Shown: positions 1 through 10,395, counted from the stretch's first letter. The stretch: 64,000 nucleotides of DNA from Candidatus Bathyarchaeota archaeon (GCA_963720565.1 CAVRFW010000005.1:1-64000); one strand, 5' to 3'. Made by a program: numbers and translations. The notes: generated from the sequence alone by a model not told the origin.

Positions 1-118
1 GCGCGTCCGAAGCTACCGAATAGGCCTTCAGCCCCCAAAAAAGCAATAGGCTTCAAAACGCGCAGTGAATGCTCAAAAGCCTTTAATTGGTTCAAATTAT
101 TGATTAGCATCGATTAGC

Positions 119-916
119 ATGTCCCTTGGAAAAGGTTGGAGAGCGTTTTTTGGTTCCTTCCTTCTTCTAATGATTTCTTACTTACTCTATCTTGTTCGAT
201 ACCCCATGTGGCAGTTCTTCACATCAATAGAACCCATATTTGCAGTGTTGATTCTATCTTATTCCATTATTCTGGTTGTTGCCTTGGTTCTTATCAAGAA
301 AGACATGAAGGAGTCTCTTCAAGAAGTCTTCAAGTTCCGCGGTTATCGCATGATCTTGACCGGCGCAAGCCTTGCAGCTCTTTTCCAAGCATTATGGTTT
401 CTAATCGTCACTGTCATGGGTAGCAAGTTGGAGTTTACCTCTTTTCCAAGCCTCAGGGGTTACGAGAATTATGCCTTCTATTCTCTGTCACTAGCATTTG
501 CCTTTTATGCTTTGTTCTCGGTTTTTGGGGCTTTTTCGGAAGAGGTTGCCTACCGAGGGTATGTTCAGGCAAGAATCTCGAGGAGATATGGTTTCATCGT
601 CGGGATCTTTTTTTCATCACTATTTTTCTCATTGCAGCATATTCACATTTTTCAAACAGTTTGGATTGAAACCTTCTTCCGAAATCAGTTCATCTATGTT
701 TTTATGTTCGGGTTGTTTGTTGGCTATCTCTTCTTGAGAAGTGGAGAGAATATTTGGAGCGTTTTTGCGTTTCACTCTTTGATGAATATCTTCAATATCA
801 TTTTGCCTTTTGAAATCGAAAATCCCTCTCTTGCGGTAAACACATTTTCGACCGTGATTAGTTTCTTGATACTATTTCTGATTCTTCGGTTGTTTGGCAG
901 ATCAAGGCGAAGTTGA
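119..916 (+). CDS. CPBP family (CAAX-like) intramembrane metalloprotease
   Basis: EEVAYRG, FSLQH and HSLMN motifs in a multi-TM protein. Confidence 0.85.
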   Translation: MSLGKGWRAFFGSFLLLMISYLLYLVRYPMWQFFTSIEPIFAVLILSYSIILVVALVLIKKDMKESLQEVFKFRGYRMILTGASLAALFQALWFLIVTVMGSKLEFTSFPSLRGYENYAFYSLSLAFAFYALFSVFGAFSEEVAYRGYVQARISRRYGFIVGIFFSSLFFSLQHIHIFQTVWIETFFRNQFIYVFMFGLFVGYLFLRSGENIWSVFAFHSLMNIFNIILPFEIENPSLAVNTFSTVISFLILFLILRLFGRSRRS

Positions 917-1014
917 GCAATCGCTTTTTCAAAAAATCCAACATTTATGTGTTTATGGGTTTGCGCTTAGTGTTGACTAAGCGAATTATACCCTCGCGTG
1001 AAGGCTTCACCTTT

Positions 1015-2139
1015 CTAGAATGCCCACCAGCCTCGTGCGAAGAGAACTGTAAAATAGCAAAGCAAGGCTCCAAATGTAGTCACAACCGCAATGGTGACCG
1101 GTTTTCTTCGAATCAGCAGGGCCAACAGGATAAACATGGGAAACAAAGTCATCACATAGCGTGGAACACTGATCCACCACGAAGTTGAAACTGCAAGTCC
1201 CCAAGAGAGAAACATGTACACCGTGTAAACTGGACGAATACGATGCAAAACGCTAATTCCGACCATGACTAACCCGAAGACGGCGAAAGCTATGGGTGCA
1301 GCACCAACAGTGACGTTATCAGGGTAAGAGGCGCCCGTTGCCCAACCATAAGCATTCGTTAAGCCGCTCCACGGGTCAAGATTTGTTCCCCAATGTGTCG
1401 ACTGTATCTGCATGAATGTGAAAGCGTTTCCTGTAACCTGCGCGTTTACGCCAAGGTATATGAGAAAGCCAGTCAAGGCGAGAAATGGCCATAGAACGTT
1501 CAAGTCTACTTTTCTTGGTTTATGCATTTTCTGGTGAAAATACTCGACGAGAAGCACAGGCAAGAGCAAGAATCCAGCGAGTCGAGTTAAGGTTGCAAAC
1601 AATCCAAGCAGGCCTGCAAAATGCCATTTACCCAGCCGAGAATAGTAGATGCTGGCGATGGCGAAGGCAAGGAAGGGTCCTTCGGTGTAGGGGGCTGTGA
1701 GGAAGTAGGCTGTGGGGAAAACGCTGAGCAGAAGCACCGCCTTTGCTGCTATGTTCTCGTTGAATTCAAGTTTTGCGATTTTGTAGATGTAGAGGAAAGC
1801 GATTAGACTGCTGATGTTTGAGACTGCGAGGGCTGAGAGGTTTATGTAGTTTATGTCAAACGTGAACATTCGGGTCAGGATGGGGTAGAGTGGGAAGAAA
1901 ACGATGAAGTTGTAGGCATCAAGAGCTGGGTTGCTTGCGTACCAGTTCTTGGCTATGTCAACGTAGTGTGGAGCGTCCCATCTGTTGAACATGTCCATAG
2001 CTATCGTGAGGGGCGGGGCAGGGCCAGTGTTCAGGTAGGTTACGATGTATCCGATTGCTAAAACCAGTGTTTTGGTTGCTATCAGGGTGAGGATTGCTTG
2101 TTTTGCTGGGGAGGATATGTTTTGGATTGCTGAAGCCAA
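1015..2139 (-). CDS. GT-C membrane mannosyltransferase (PIG-V-like)
   Basis: RWDAPHY, FFPLYP and YTE motifs; many TM helices. Confidence 0.8.
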   Translation of the reverse strand: MASAIQNISSPAKQAILTLIATKTLVLAIGYIVTYLNTGPAPPLTIAMDMFNRWDAPHYVDIAKNWYASNPALDAYNFIVFFPLYPILTRMFTFDINYINLSALAVSNISSLIAFLYIYKIAKLEFNENIAAKAVLLLSVFPTAYFLTAPYTEGPFLAFAIASIYYSRLGKWHFAGLLGLFATLTRLAGFLLLPVLLVEYFHQKMHKPRKVDLNVLWPFLALTGFLIYLGVNAQVTGNAFTFMQIQSTHWGTNLDPWSGLTNAYGWATGASYPDNVTVGAAPIAFAVFGLVMVGISVLHRIRPVYTVYMFLSWGLAVSTSWWISVPRYVMTLFPMFILLALLIRRKPVTIAVVTTFGALLCYFTVLFARGWWAF

Positions 2140-2520
2140 GGCTTTAATCTTCAGGGTGTTTCCGTTCCTACGCGTTTTTCAAAATCTTTCACGATATGAT
2201 GTGAGTTATATAAGTCGGGTTTTTGCGAACTATCATGTCACATTGGTGTAGAAGGCGTCAACTCCTATTTCTGATTTATGGAAAGCATGATGTTGTGAGA
2301 AGTGTTAAGCGCGCGGGCATTGATTGCAGCAGCTATTCTGACTATCCTGAATAAAAGACGTGATCACAAGAAAGCTACCGCAGCTTAGGTGCCCCTCCCC
2401 TTTCTCGTTCCCACAAGCGCACGGACCGAGATTACTTTCAATACTTATTGAACAGACATAAGTCTAAAATAATCGCTGAATCGACATTGCATTTATATCA
2501 TTCACCCTAACGGTGTCAAA

Positions 2521-3117
2521 ATGGGCCTCTTTAAGAGCTTCACGAACAAGTTCACAGCGCCAAAAGCGAATCTTCAACTAAATCTTAGCAAGTTCAGCGC
2601 TGAATTAGGCGAAAACCTGACGGGGTCTTTGGTGGTTGGCTCAGGAGAAGATTTCGACGTTACCGAAGTGCGATGCGAAGTTCAATGTGTCGAGCAAGCC
2701 AGAGTCATAAAACAAGTATACGATCCTGGTCTAAAACGGATGTTGCCTAAGGAAGTAATGGATTCTGCAGTTCTGTTCGCAGCGAAACCGACCTTAAGCG
2801 GTCCATCGAGCTTATCAAACGGTGAGACAAAGAGTTTTCCAGTTTCACTAAACATTCCCGCGGGAGGTCGTCCAACTTATCAGGGCATGGACAGAAGGGT
2901 CACTTGGTCAGTAAAGGGAGTTGTGGCCGTCGATGGCAGGCCTGACGTTACTTCCAGAACAGCTGAGATTCAGGTCATTCCTCCTGTTGCTCAACCAGTA
3001 ATTAGAGAAAAAGAGATTATTCGCGAAATCGTCAGGATTCCGTGTAAATATTGCCAGGGCTTGATGGATCAGACTCTGACCACTTGTCCTAACTGCGGGG
3101 CAACCAGAACTGCCTGA
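2521..3117 (+). CDS. Arrestin/Spo0M-like beta-sandwich protein with C-terminal zinc ribbon
   Basis: beta-rich N-terminal part; CKYC...CPNC at the C-terminus. Confidence 0.6.
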   Translation: MGLFKSFTNKFTAPKANLQLNLSKFSAELGENLTGSLVVGSGEDFDVTEVRCEVQCVEQARVIKQVYDPGLKRMLPKEVMDSAVLFAAKPTLSGPSSLSNGETKSFPVSLNIPAGGRPTYQGMDRRVTWSVKGVVAVDGRPDVTSRTAEIQVIPPVAQPVIREKEIIREIVRIPCKYCQGLMDQTLTTCPNCGATRTA

Positions 3118-3499
3118 TAGCTAGCGCGTGCTGTACTCGTAGTTTCTTTAGATCGTTCTTAGCCTGACTTAGGGTCTGAAATTTCCGCGTAGGTTATAAG
3201 AGCTTCTATCTTCATTTCTTTGCTTCCGACGACAACTCCAATCCACGCGGGAACATGCCAGTTTCTCATTGAAGCTGCGGTTTTCTCAGAACCAATGGGA
3301 TTTGTGGGCATGATATTCTCATGTTTTTTTTAGATTCGCGTGCTTTCGCCGAAATGCCAACAATCTGGTCTTTGAGGAAAATGGTTCCTTCAGCATTTAT
3401 GGCAAATGCGCATGTTAACATCTATTTCTCTAATCGCTTGCGAGGTGCCTGCTTCTTTTTCGGATTTGCTTCTCGTGTTATTTTGTCAACTGCTTCCGC

Positions 3500-3748
3500 T
3501 TAGTCTGTGTCAAAAGGCAGATCTCGCAAGTCCACCTGCAACGGTTTGTGAAGGTCATCGAACTTGACCGAAGCATAGTTTTTATCTATTTGATATTCAA
3601 ACATCGAGTTCGGTAGTACATTTGAGCAGTAGGGACAAACATAGCATTCAACATCCTTCACTGAGGAATGAGGAATGTATGTTCCCGTTTTTTGGCTAAA
3701 CTCCAGGTTGTAAACTGCAAATACACCAGCACCTGCTATAGTTGCCAA
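3500..3748 (-). CDS. Small hypothetical protein (CPYC), possibly a fragment
   Basis: ORF only. Confidence 0.3.
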   Translation of the reverse strand: MATIAGAGVFAVYNLEFSQKTGTYIPHSSVKDVECYVCPYCSNVLPNSMFEYQIDKNYASVKFDDLHKPLQVDLRDLPFDTD

Positions 3749-3970
3749 TCTCTGCTAGCAATTGGGACATTCCAAGGGATTTACAACGCTTCCGTCACTC
3801 ATACTGAGGCCTTCTTGAGTTGCATTCACCCTAATGGTATAGCTCTCTTACAATAACAGAGTGCTACTAAGCTAAAATACTCCGCATGCGTGGGGCGGGT
3901 TGTTCGTGAAAACACACAAGCGAATGGCATGACCCGGGGCACACGTTACAAGTGGGTGATCATAAGGTTT

Positions 3971-4067
3971 GCTGGGGCTCTGGAGCTATACTGTAAGGAG
4001 AAAGGAAAGAAATTCAACTCTTGACTGCTGACTAGACAGCCATGACTTGTTCCAGAGCCCACTCAGC
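3971..4067 (+). other. Intergenic hairpin with AGGAGAAAGGA inside
   Basis: GGGCTCTGGA (3975-3984) pairs with TCCAGAGCCC (4051-4060); outer GCTG/CAGC. Confidence 0.5.
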
Positions 4068-4153
4068 CCAATCTGACTTTCCTTCCTTTTCCACTGCAAT
4101 CGTTATTAGTTGACTAAAAAAGGGGAAAGAGAAGATTTTGACTTCTCAAGAGT

Positions 4154-6700
4154 TTACTTTTTTCTAAGCATCAGCGCGATTATTGCTATGCCGACTGCTG
4201 CGATTGCTGCGACTATGATGCCTATTCCTGGCAACATGTACTGGTCAGCCAAAGATGCTGGCGCCTGTGTTGGTTCTGGAGTAGCTTCCGGAGCGTCTAA
4301 AACTCCTAAGTAGGTTTGCGCGGTTGATTTCCAGTAAGACTCGGAACCTGCGAAAGAAGCGATAACAGTGTATTCACCTGGAACTTCCGGAGTGAACATC
4401 AGTTTGTAACCTCCGCTAGCATCACTTGTGGTTCTGCCTACCTCGTAATAGTTGTTGTTAGGGTCAAGCACGCTTAAGACAACTTCAACGCCGACCGCGT
4501 CTGCCGGATATGTTTGTTGCATGTACACGTACTCCATCCATGGAGACATGTATTCATCAGCGATAGCCGGAACACCATGTGGAAAGCGAGCAATCCTGTC
4601 GGAATCCTTTGTTCCCGGAGACTCATCAGTAACAGAGCCGGTAATCAGCACGCTGTCGCCGTTTGTTATCACGTCATCTTGGATTGACACTGTGGTGGCA
4701 GTTTGGCCCTTGCCGAAAGTGTATATTTGGTTGTCGAAGCAGTTCCATGTCGTTATCATGCTATCTGCATGAGCAGTGACTACCTTGATGCCTGCGAACA
4801 GTATGCTCCAGACCAGTTCTCCGGTTGTTGCGTTTATGGCTAGTTGCTTAGATGGGAACAGTGGTGGGTTGTACTCGTGACCTTCTGAGAGGAATACTTT
4901 TCCGTCGCAAATAGATCCATAGCTAAAGTACCAAATTGGATATACGCCGAAGGGAGTGTCGTATCCAGCGCTTCCGCGAGTGAAAGTCCATTTGATTTCT
5001 CCTGTTTCAAGGTCAAGAGCGTTAACAAAGCCGCCGAAGTCTACAATGTAAGCCATGCCGTAGCCGCAAGCTCCAGTGTATGCCATATGGCTCCAAGCGT
5101 TTCCTGGAAGACTGACTGGACCCCACAGCAGTTGTCCTGTTTTTAGTGAGTAGCCCCATGCTTGACATGAAGTCTTGCTGGTTGTCACGTAAACGTCGTT
5201 GCTGTAGCAGGTGACGCCTATTGCTTCATCTGTTGGGATTGTTTGGTTTATTGGGCCCCAGAGTTTCTGTCCTGTTTTTGCGTTGTAGCCTGCTGTGGTC
5301 TGATAGCCGTAACTCAAGCCTATGAACATGCCGGGTGTGGGTGCGTTGCGAAGCAGTATTACTTCGGAGGTTTTTGCGGCTATGCTGGAGGGTACACCTG
5401 GCTCGAGTGGTACTGTCCACATTATTCCCTTTGAAAAGTCATATTCTCCCTGTGCGCGGAAAGTGCTCTGGTACGGTACGTTGCCAGGCATGTAGAACGG
5501 GCCTCTTCCGAGGTTGTATGCTATGCATTGGGTTGAGTTCCACAGATTGAGATATGCGCCTGTGGCGTTGAAGGTAGTGTACCAGCCTAGGAAGGTTCCC
5601 TTCTCGTTGCAGTCGTAGTCCCTTAGGTCGAGTGCACTGGATGCGTTTTCAATGACAGCGAGGTATTTTCCGGTGATTGGGTCATACAGTCTGTAGTTCA
5701 TAGGGGTGGATGGTCCGAAAAAGCTCGCGCCGCCTTCTTGGCTCCATAGGTACGGGATAGCTCCGTATTCCTGTATTGAATGCCACTGTAATGCTTGGAC
5801 TCTGACTATTGACTCGGCACCTGTCTCTCCTGCTGTCCTTGTCCACAGGGTTTCTCCTGTGCGCATGTCTACTGCAGCCCAGCCGGTTACTGTAGAGGTT
5901 GAACTAGCGTACTGATTGTAGTAGATTATTCCGTTAAGGATTCTTGGGTTGAAGTAAGTTATGAGTAGCGATGTTGACATGTACTGGCTCTGTTGATCAG
6001 CGTCATTTGGTGCACCTGGTTGACCTCCGAAATGTGTAGGTTTCGTCCACAGTATGTGCCCGGTGTTTGGTGCTGTCGTGTACATTTGGACGTTGCTGTC
6101 TCCATACCAGTTCCCGCCGAGCTGAGCCCACTCGTAGTTTGTTGAGTATATGGGGCGAGACCAGTATTCGGTTGGAAGCGGAGGAGTTTTGTATATTGGT
6201 ACCACTTGTTCGTCTTGTACGAGCAGGGTTACTTTTTCGCTTGTAGAGGGTTTCATGTATGAGCCGATTAGCTCGAGGGCGCCTGCGCCTTCAGTGCTGC
6301 GCTTGAGAGGATTAGTGCCTGTCAGGATTTGTCCAGGGTAAAACGCTTGAATTGTGTAGTTTCCGGTTGTGGCGGGTGTGTACGAAAGATATATGCCACC
6401 TACAGAGTCAGCCATGTATGGTCCAAAAGTCTCCTTAGTTCCGTCGGGGCGCGTCACTTCCACTGTAACATTTTCATGTCTGTCTCCAGGCAAACCAGTA
6501 GACGTGGGCATCGGCTGAGCGAAAAAGAGGTTTATGTAGACTACTTGTCCGACGCCGATTGGGTTAGGATTTACACTTAAGAGCAGGTTCGAAGTAATGT
6601 CACGTGCTTGAACAGATGGTATCATCATCATGGATGCAACTATGGTCGTCATTAGAAACAAAGCAATCGCAATAGTTTTTTTGCCTTTAATCATTTTCAT
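4154..6700 (-). CDS. Secreted PQQ-like beta-propeller surface protein with C-terminal TM anchor
   Basis: signal peptide; repeated A(L/I)(D/N)xxTG.xW motifs; C-terminal TM followed by RKK. Confidence 0.85.
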   Translation of the reverse strand: MKMIKGKKTIAIALFLMTTIVASMMMIPSVQARDITSNLLLSVNPNPIGVGQVVYINLFFAQPMPTSTGLPGDRHENVTVEVTRPDGTKETFGPYMADSVGGIYLSYTPATTGNYTIQAFYPGQILTGTNPLKRSTEGAGALELIGSYMKPSTSEKVTLLVQDEQVVPIYKTPPLPTEYWSRPIYSTNYEWAQLGGNWYGDSNVQMYTTAPNTGHILWTKPTHFGGQPGAPNDADQQSQYMSTSLLITYFNPRILNGIIYYNQYASSTSTVTGWAAVDMRTGETLWTRTAGETGAESIVRVQALQWHSIQEYGAIPYLWSQEGGASFFGPSTPMNYRLYDPITGKYLAVIENASSALDLRDYDCNEKGTFLGWYTTFNATGAYLNLWNSTQCIAYNLGRGPFYMPGNVPYQSTFRAQGEYDFSKGIMWTVPLEPGVPSSIAAKTSEVILLRNAPTPGMFIGLSYGYQTTAGYNAKTGQKLWGPINQTIPTDEAIGVTCYSNDVYVTTSKTSCQAWGYSLKTGQLLWGPVSLPGNAWSHMAYTGACGYGMAYIVDFGGFVNALDLETGEIKWTFTRGSAGYDTPFGVYPIWYFSYGSICDGKVFLSEGHEYNPPLFPSKQLAINATTGELVWSILFAGIKVVTAHADSMITTWNCFDNQIYTFGKGQTATTVSIQDDVITNGDSVLITGSVTDESPGTKDSDRIARFPHGVPAIADEYMSPWMEYVYMQQTYPADAVGVEVVLSVLDPNNNYYEVGRTTSDASGGYKLMFTPEVPGEYTVIASFAGSESYWKSTAQTYLGVLDAPEATPEPTQAPASLADQYMLPGIGIIVAAIAAVGIAIIALMLRKK

Positions 6701-6926
6701 TTCTCCTTTTGTTCTGTGAACTAAAGTTATTGTGTGCGTTTATAAGATTAACCAAAAAGCGTACGTTATGCTATTTTAAATTAAGTAGATAGTACCAATA
6801 TTATTAATAAAAATGCTTCTTTTTCTTTTTTGCGCATTTTTGTTTAGGAGAACAAAATTTATGCAGGGTTTTTAAAGAAGCTTTATGTAAGCGGCACAAT
6901 TGGTTTATCTGAGGAAAAAATGAACA

Positions 6927-7394
6927 CTGACTGTTGATATTGACGAGACTGACGACAAGATTCTACATGTTCTAATACAAGATGCACGCACAAGCTTGAA
7001 AGATATAGCCAAGGAATGCGGCTTATCTTCAGTCTCAGCTTTAAACAGAATTAAGCGGCTGAAAAAACTCGGAGTGATAACGGGGGCAGCTCTTTTCCCT
7101 GTCCTCAACCCACTTGGAGTTCAAATTATGGCGACTATCGGGATGGAAACAGACGCAAACATAGATGAGATCGTCGAGTTTCTCAAGAAGCACACTCACT
7201 TAGTTGAGCCCTCGAAAAGCGTTGGGGAATACGATTTATGCGCACTAGTTTATGCCGAAAACATCGCGAATTTGAATGAAAAAATAGATGCGTTGAAAAG
7301 GCAATTCGAGATAAGAAAGGTAGTTGTCAACGTCTGGTCCGGCATGCCGCACATGACTTACGAAAACATCGATTTGAGGCCGATGAAAAAATGA
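6927..7394 (+). CDS. Lrp/AsnC transcriptional regulator
   Basis: IDETDDKILHVLIQDARTSLKDIAK HTH; the frame is open upstream of the listed 6996 start (CTG at 6927). Confidence 0.85.
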   Translation: MTVDIDETDDKILHVLIQDARTSLKDIAKECGLSSVSALNRIKRLKKLGVITGAALFPVLNPLGVQIMATIGMETDANIDEIVEFLKKHTHLVEPSKSVGEYDLCALVYAENIANLNEKIDALKRQFEIRKVVVNVWSGMPHMTYENIDLRPMKK

Positions 7395-7883
7395 TCAAGA
7401 TGGACAGCCTGGATTTTCTCATACTGAGCGAATTGTTGAAGGATGCCACACTTTCGTTGGTTGAAGTTGCAAAAAAAGTAGGCACCTCACCTTACACTGT
7501 CAGGAGGCGGTTCGCCATAATGAAGAAGGAAGGAATAATCGTCAGATCTATAGTGTCAATTGACCTTACAAAATTGGGATACCAGGGCAAAGCCTTCTTG
7601 TTGATAACATGTGTCTCCGAGCGGCGACAAATCTCAGGCAATATCTTACCTGAAGAAAGTGCGGAACATTATTGTGGTTACGGAGTTGGTTGGGCCTTAC
7701 GATATTCTCGCGATCGCCCCCATCACGGACTTAAACAGCATTCAGACACTAGTCGCAGAAGCAAAGCGGGCACCTGACGTGCTTCTGGTTAAATTAGCCT
7801 GTGTTGATGACACTTATTTTCCTGTTAGCCAAAATTTAGGCACAATGCTAAGCCAAAAAAGCTACACTATAGCAACTGCTTAG
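7391..7883 (+). CDS. Lrp/AsnC transcriptional regulator (frameshift near 7615)
   Basis: HTH in ORF 7391; RAM domain (VGPYDILAI) in ORF 7611. Confidence 0.8.
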
Positions 7884-7927
7884 TGCGCTAAGAAAGAAAT
7901 TGGTCGGGACTGAGTCGAGTCTTTATG

Positions 7928-8027
7928 TTATTTTATGCAATAAAGTAAATTTCATGCACTCTTATGCACTAAAGTAAATTTTATTTATTTTATGCAATAA
8001 AGTAAATTTTATGCACCTTTATGCAAT
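7928..8027. repeat. AT-rich 57-bp tandem repeat with six ATGCA units
   Basis: TTATTTTATGCAATAAAGTAAATTT at 7928 and 7985. Confidence 0.8.
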
Positions 8028-8074
8028 TAAGCTTATAATTGCGGTTTTTCTTGTGTTTTAAGTGTGATTTAAGC

Positions 8075-8293
8075 TTGGATGCTTCAAGTATCGCTGCTTT
8101 GGTTACTAGCGCTTTGACTATAATCGGCGTTTTGGCGGGTGCGAAGTGGCAGCTGGGCAAAAGCAAGGCTGCGCAGTTAACGCAGCTTCTGAATCTCATT
8201 TTGAGTGCAGCTGAGGACAACACTGTCAGTGAAGAAGAGTTCCAGGGCATAGTAACGGCAGCTAAGGCTTTGATGGATAAACCGGCGGTGTAG
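8075..8293 (+). CDS. Small membrane protein of the element
   Basis: TTG start; N-terminal TM helix. Confidence 0.6.
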   Translation: MDASSIAALVTSALTIIGVLAGAKWQLGKSKAAQLTQLLNLILSAAEDNTVSEEEFQGIVTAAKALMDKPAV

Positions 8294-8296
8294 AAA

Positions 8297-8533
8297 ATGC
8301 GTTGGACATCAAAGGTGCTATTGGTTTTCTTGGCTTTCTGCAGGAATCTTCAACCCTGTCTATCTCGGCTTGTACGCAACATTCGGCTGCGCCGTTGTTG
8401 GCAACCGTATTTTTTAGGCGTAGAGGTCTATCGAAAACTGAGCCTTTGCGCGTCCAGTTTATGCCTCGCCTTGTCGGTGCTGGGGTGGTTCGTCTTCGAA
8501 AGTCAAGCGTTGAAGCGGGTAAGGCTAAAGTGA
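8297..8533 (+). CDS. Small hydrophobic protein, possibly frameshifted
   Basis: fills the gap between neighbours; stop overlaps the next start. Confidence 0.35.
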   Translation: MRWTSKVLLVFLAFCRNLQPCLSRLVRNIRLRRCWQPYFLGVEVYRKLSLCASSLCLALSVLGWFVFESQALKRVRLK

Positions 8534-9018
8534 AGCTATCGAGCGTTTTGCCTAGCAAAAAGATGATTGCGGGCTTCGCTGCTGTCGCTGTCGTTGCCCT
8601 TCTGGCTGGCGTGGTGATTGGGGCGACTCTTGTCCAGTACCGGTTCAACGGTTCCGGCAGAATCGTTATTCCTCCCAGCCTAGGCGTCTACAGTGATCAG
8701 GCGTGCACGGTTGAGGTTTCAGCGATTGATTTTGGCAGTTTCAGTCCCGGAGAAAACGTGACTCGCACCTTGTACGTGCGGAATGAGGGCAGCGAGACCG
8801 GCGTGTTGAGTTTGGCGACTCAGAACTGGAATCCAACGGTTGCTAAAGAGTACCTTGTTTTCAGCTGGAACCTTGAAGGCGCCGAGATTGATGGAGGCGC
8901 TGTCTTCGAGTCGCAGTTTAACATACGTGCCTTGTCGACTTTGACGAGTGACAGTGGCGTATCGAACTTCAGTTTTGACGCTGTAATTTCCCTGTCGGTC
9001 GAGTCGGAGGCCGGCTGA
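8530..9018 (+). CDS. Membrane-anchored Ig-like/beta-sandwich protein
   Basis: GTG start; N-terminal TM; IDFGSFSPG...LYVRNEG. Confidence 0.6.
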   Translation: MKLSSVLPSKKMIAGFAAVAVVALLAGVVIGATLVQYRFNGSGRIVIPPSLGVYSDQACTVEVSAIDFGSFSPGENVTRTLYVRNEGSETGVLSLATQNWNPTVAKEYLVFSWNLEGAEIDGGAVFESQFNIRALSTLTSDSGVSNFSFDAVISLSVESEAG

Positions 9019-9020
9019 CG

Positions 9021-9342
9021 ATGGCGTACAGCGTGGCTGCTGACGTGAAGACCGTTCTGCAGATCGCTAGCGGGGTTTCGACGTATGACACGGAGATTAC
9101 CGCTTGCATCGTGAGCGCTGACGCTTTGATTGACAAGTTTCTTGCGAAGGCGGACTTGTCAGTTCCCGCTGCCTGTTCCTCAGACGATTGAGGACGCTTC
9201 GATTCATTTTGCCGCTTGGCTGTTCCGCCACCGAAGAGACCCCTCGAACGCTGACGTGTTCTGGAGTGAGGCGATGAAGTTTCTGGATGCTTACATCGAG
9301 ACCGAGGCTGAGGTAGCTTTGAACGTGGTGACTGACGAGTGA
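9021..9342 (+). CDS. Head-tail connector (gp6/gp36-like), +1 frameshift near 9150
   Basis: MAYSVAADVK...ADALID joins to LPVPQTIEDASIHFAAW, a typical adaptor pattern. Confidence 0.6.
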
Positions 9343-9774
9343 TAACTGTCGAGGTTGTCCGGAGCGGTTTGCAGCTGGAAGTGCTTGCGGACAAGGTTTT
9401 GCCGGAGCTCAAGCAGAAGCTAATTGAGCGTTTGGCTGATGTAGCTTGGTCTTCTGCGTTTTATGAGGCTCCCTGGCGGACGGGGTATCTTGCTCAGAGC
9501 CTAGTGAAGCAGGTAGAACAGTTCAGCGCGACTGTCAGTCCGATGGCCAGTTACGCTATATTTGTTGAGGAGGGCACTCGTCCGCATGAGATTCGTCCTG
9601 TCCGTGCGAGGGCTCTTTGTTTCGAGTCAGCTAGCGGCGGCTTGGTGTTTACGCAGCTTGTTCATCATCCCGGAACGAAGGCTAATCCGTTCATGCGCAG
9701 AGCAGCAGACGAGACAGCCAGGCAGGCTCCCGCGGTATTTCGAGGAGTTGTGGAACTCGGAGGTTAAGGATTAA
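9339..9774 (+). CDS. HK97 gp10-like neck/tail component (frameshift near 9740)
   Basis: APWRTGYL, YAIFVEEGT and HPGTKANPFM motifs. Confidence 0.8.
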
Positions 9775-9777
9775 GGT

Positions 9778-9889
9778 GCTGGGAGAGGCAGAGGGGACGC
9801 GTAGCTTAGGGCTTTGCGTTGTTTGTTCTATGGATCTTCTCCTTTCTCCTCGGGAACAAAAAGCTAGCGTTCCTGCATTTTCTCCCAGC
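9778..9889. other. Hairpin of about 112 nt between virion genes
   Basis: nested arms GCTGGGAGA/TCTCCCAGC, ACGCGTAGCTT/AAGCTAGCGT and TTTGTTC/GAACAAA. Confidence 0.7.
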
Positions 9890-9915
9890 TCTCAACGCTT
9901 AGTGGAGGTCTGCTA

Positions 9916-10395
9916 GTGGGTTTCTACAGCAGCTATAAGGCTGTTTTAGACGCTGTTGTCACTGCCGTCGACGGGAAAGCTTCGATTGGAACCGTGCTCT
10001 TGGGAGAACAGTTCACTGTCGGAGCTCTGCCCAAAGCTGTGATTAACGCGTTGCCTAGCCCCGTGGTTCAAGCGTCGCTGGACGGTGTCCTCGAGGTTCA
10101 TGTGGCTTTCAGCGTTATCCTGGTGATTTTGGAGTATGAGCCTAACGACTGGTTTGCCGACATTGTAACGGTGATGGGCGACGCTGTGGACGCTGTTTTG
10201 GCTGATGTGACTTTGGGCGGAAAGGCATTGAACGTTTATCCGACCTTGTTTAGTCCCGGCGAAATAAAATTCAAAGACAAGGTCTACTACGGGGGCCAGG
10301 TGAATTTTGACCCGTTGATAAATGAGAGCGATAGGACAAACCCTACCCCATTCTTCTTTTTTTGTTGCGGCTGTGATTTGACCAGGCGCGCTTAA
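9916..10395 (+). CDS. Tail terminator/completion-like protein, C-terminus probably replaced near 10310
   Basis: position after gp10; AVLADVTLGG motif; odd FFFFCCGC tail. Confidence 0.55.
   Translation: MGFYSSYKAVLDAVVTAVDGKASIGTVLLGEQFTVGALPKAVINALPSPVVQASLDGVLEVHVAFSVILVILEYEPNDWFADIVTVMGDAVDAVLADVTLGGKALNVYPTLFSPGEIKFKDKVYYGGQVNFDPLINESDRTNPTPFFFFCCGCDLTRRA

Noticed and set aside
7901..7914. TGGTCGGGACTGAG as the left att copy of the tRNA-Arg 3' end
   Set aside because: Only 8/10 match to CGGGTCCGAG and no T-arm sequence follows; too weak to call.
8302..8529. N-terminal extension of the 238-aa ORF
   Set aside because: It overlaps another ORF, and GTG 8530 gives a clean membrane-anchored protein.
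9778..9889. Hairpin as an attC site
   Set aside because: The flanks read GTT...AAC, the reverse of the attC order, and no R/L boxes are evident.
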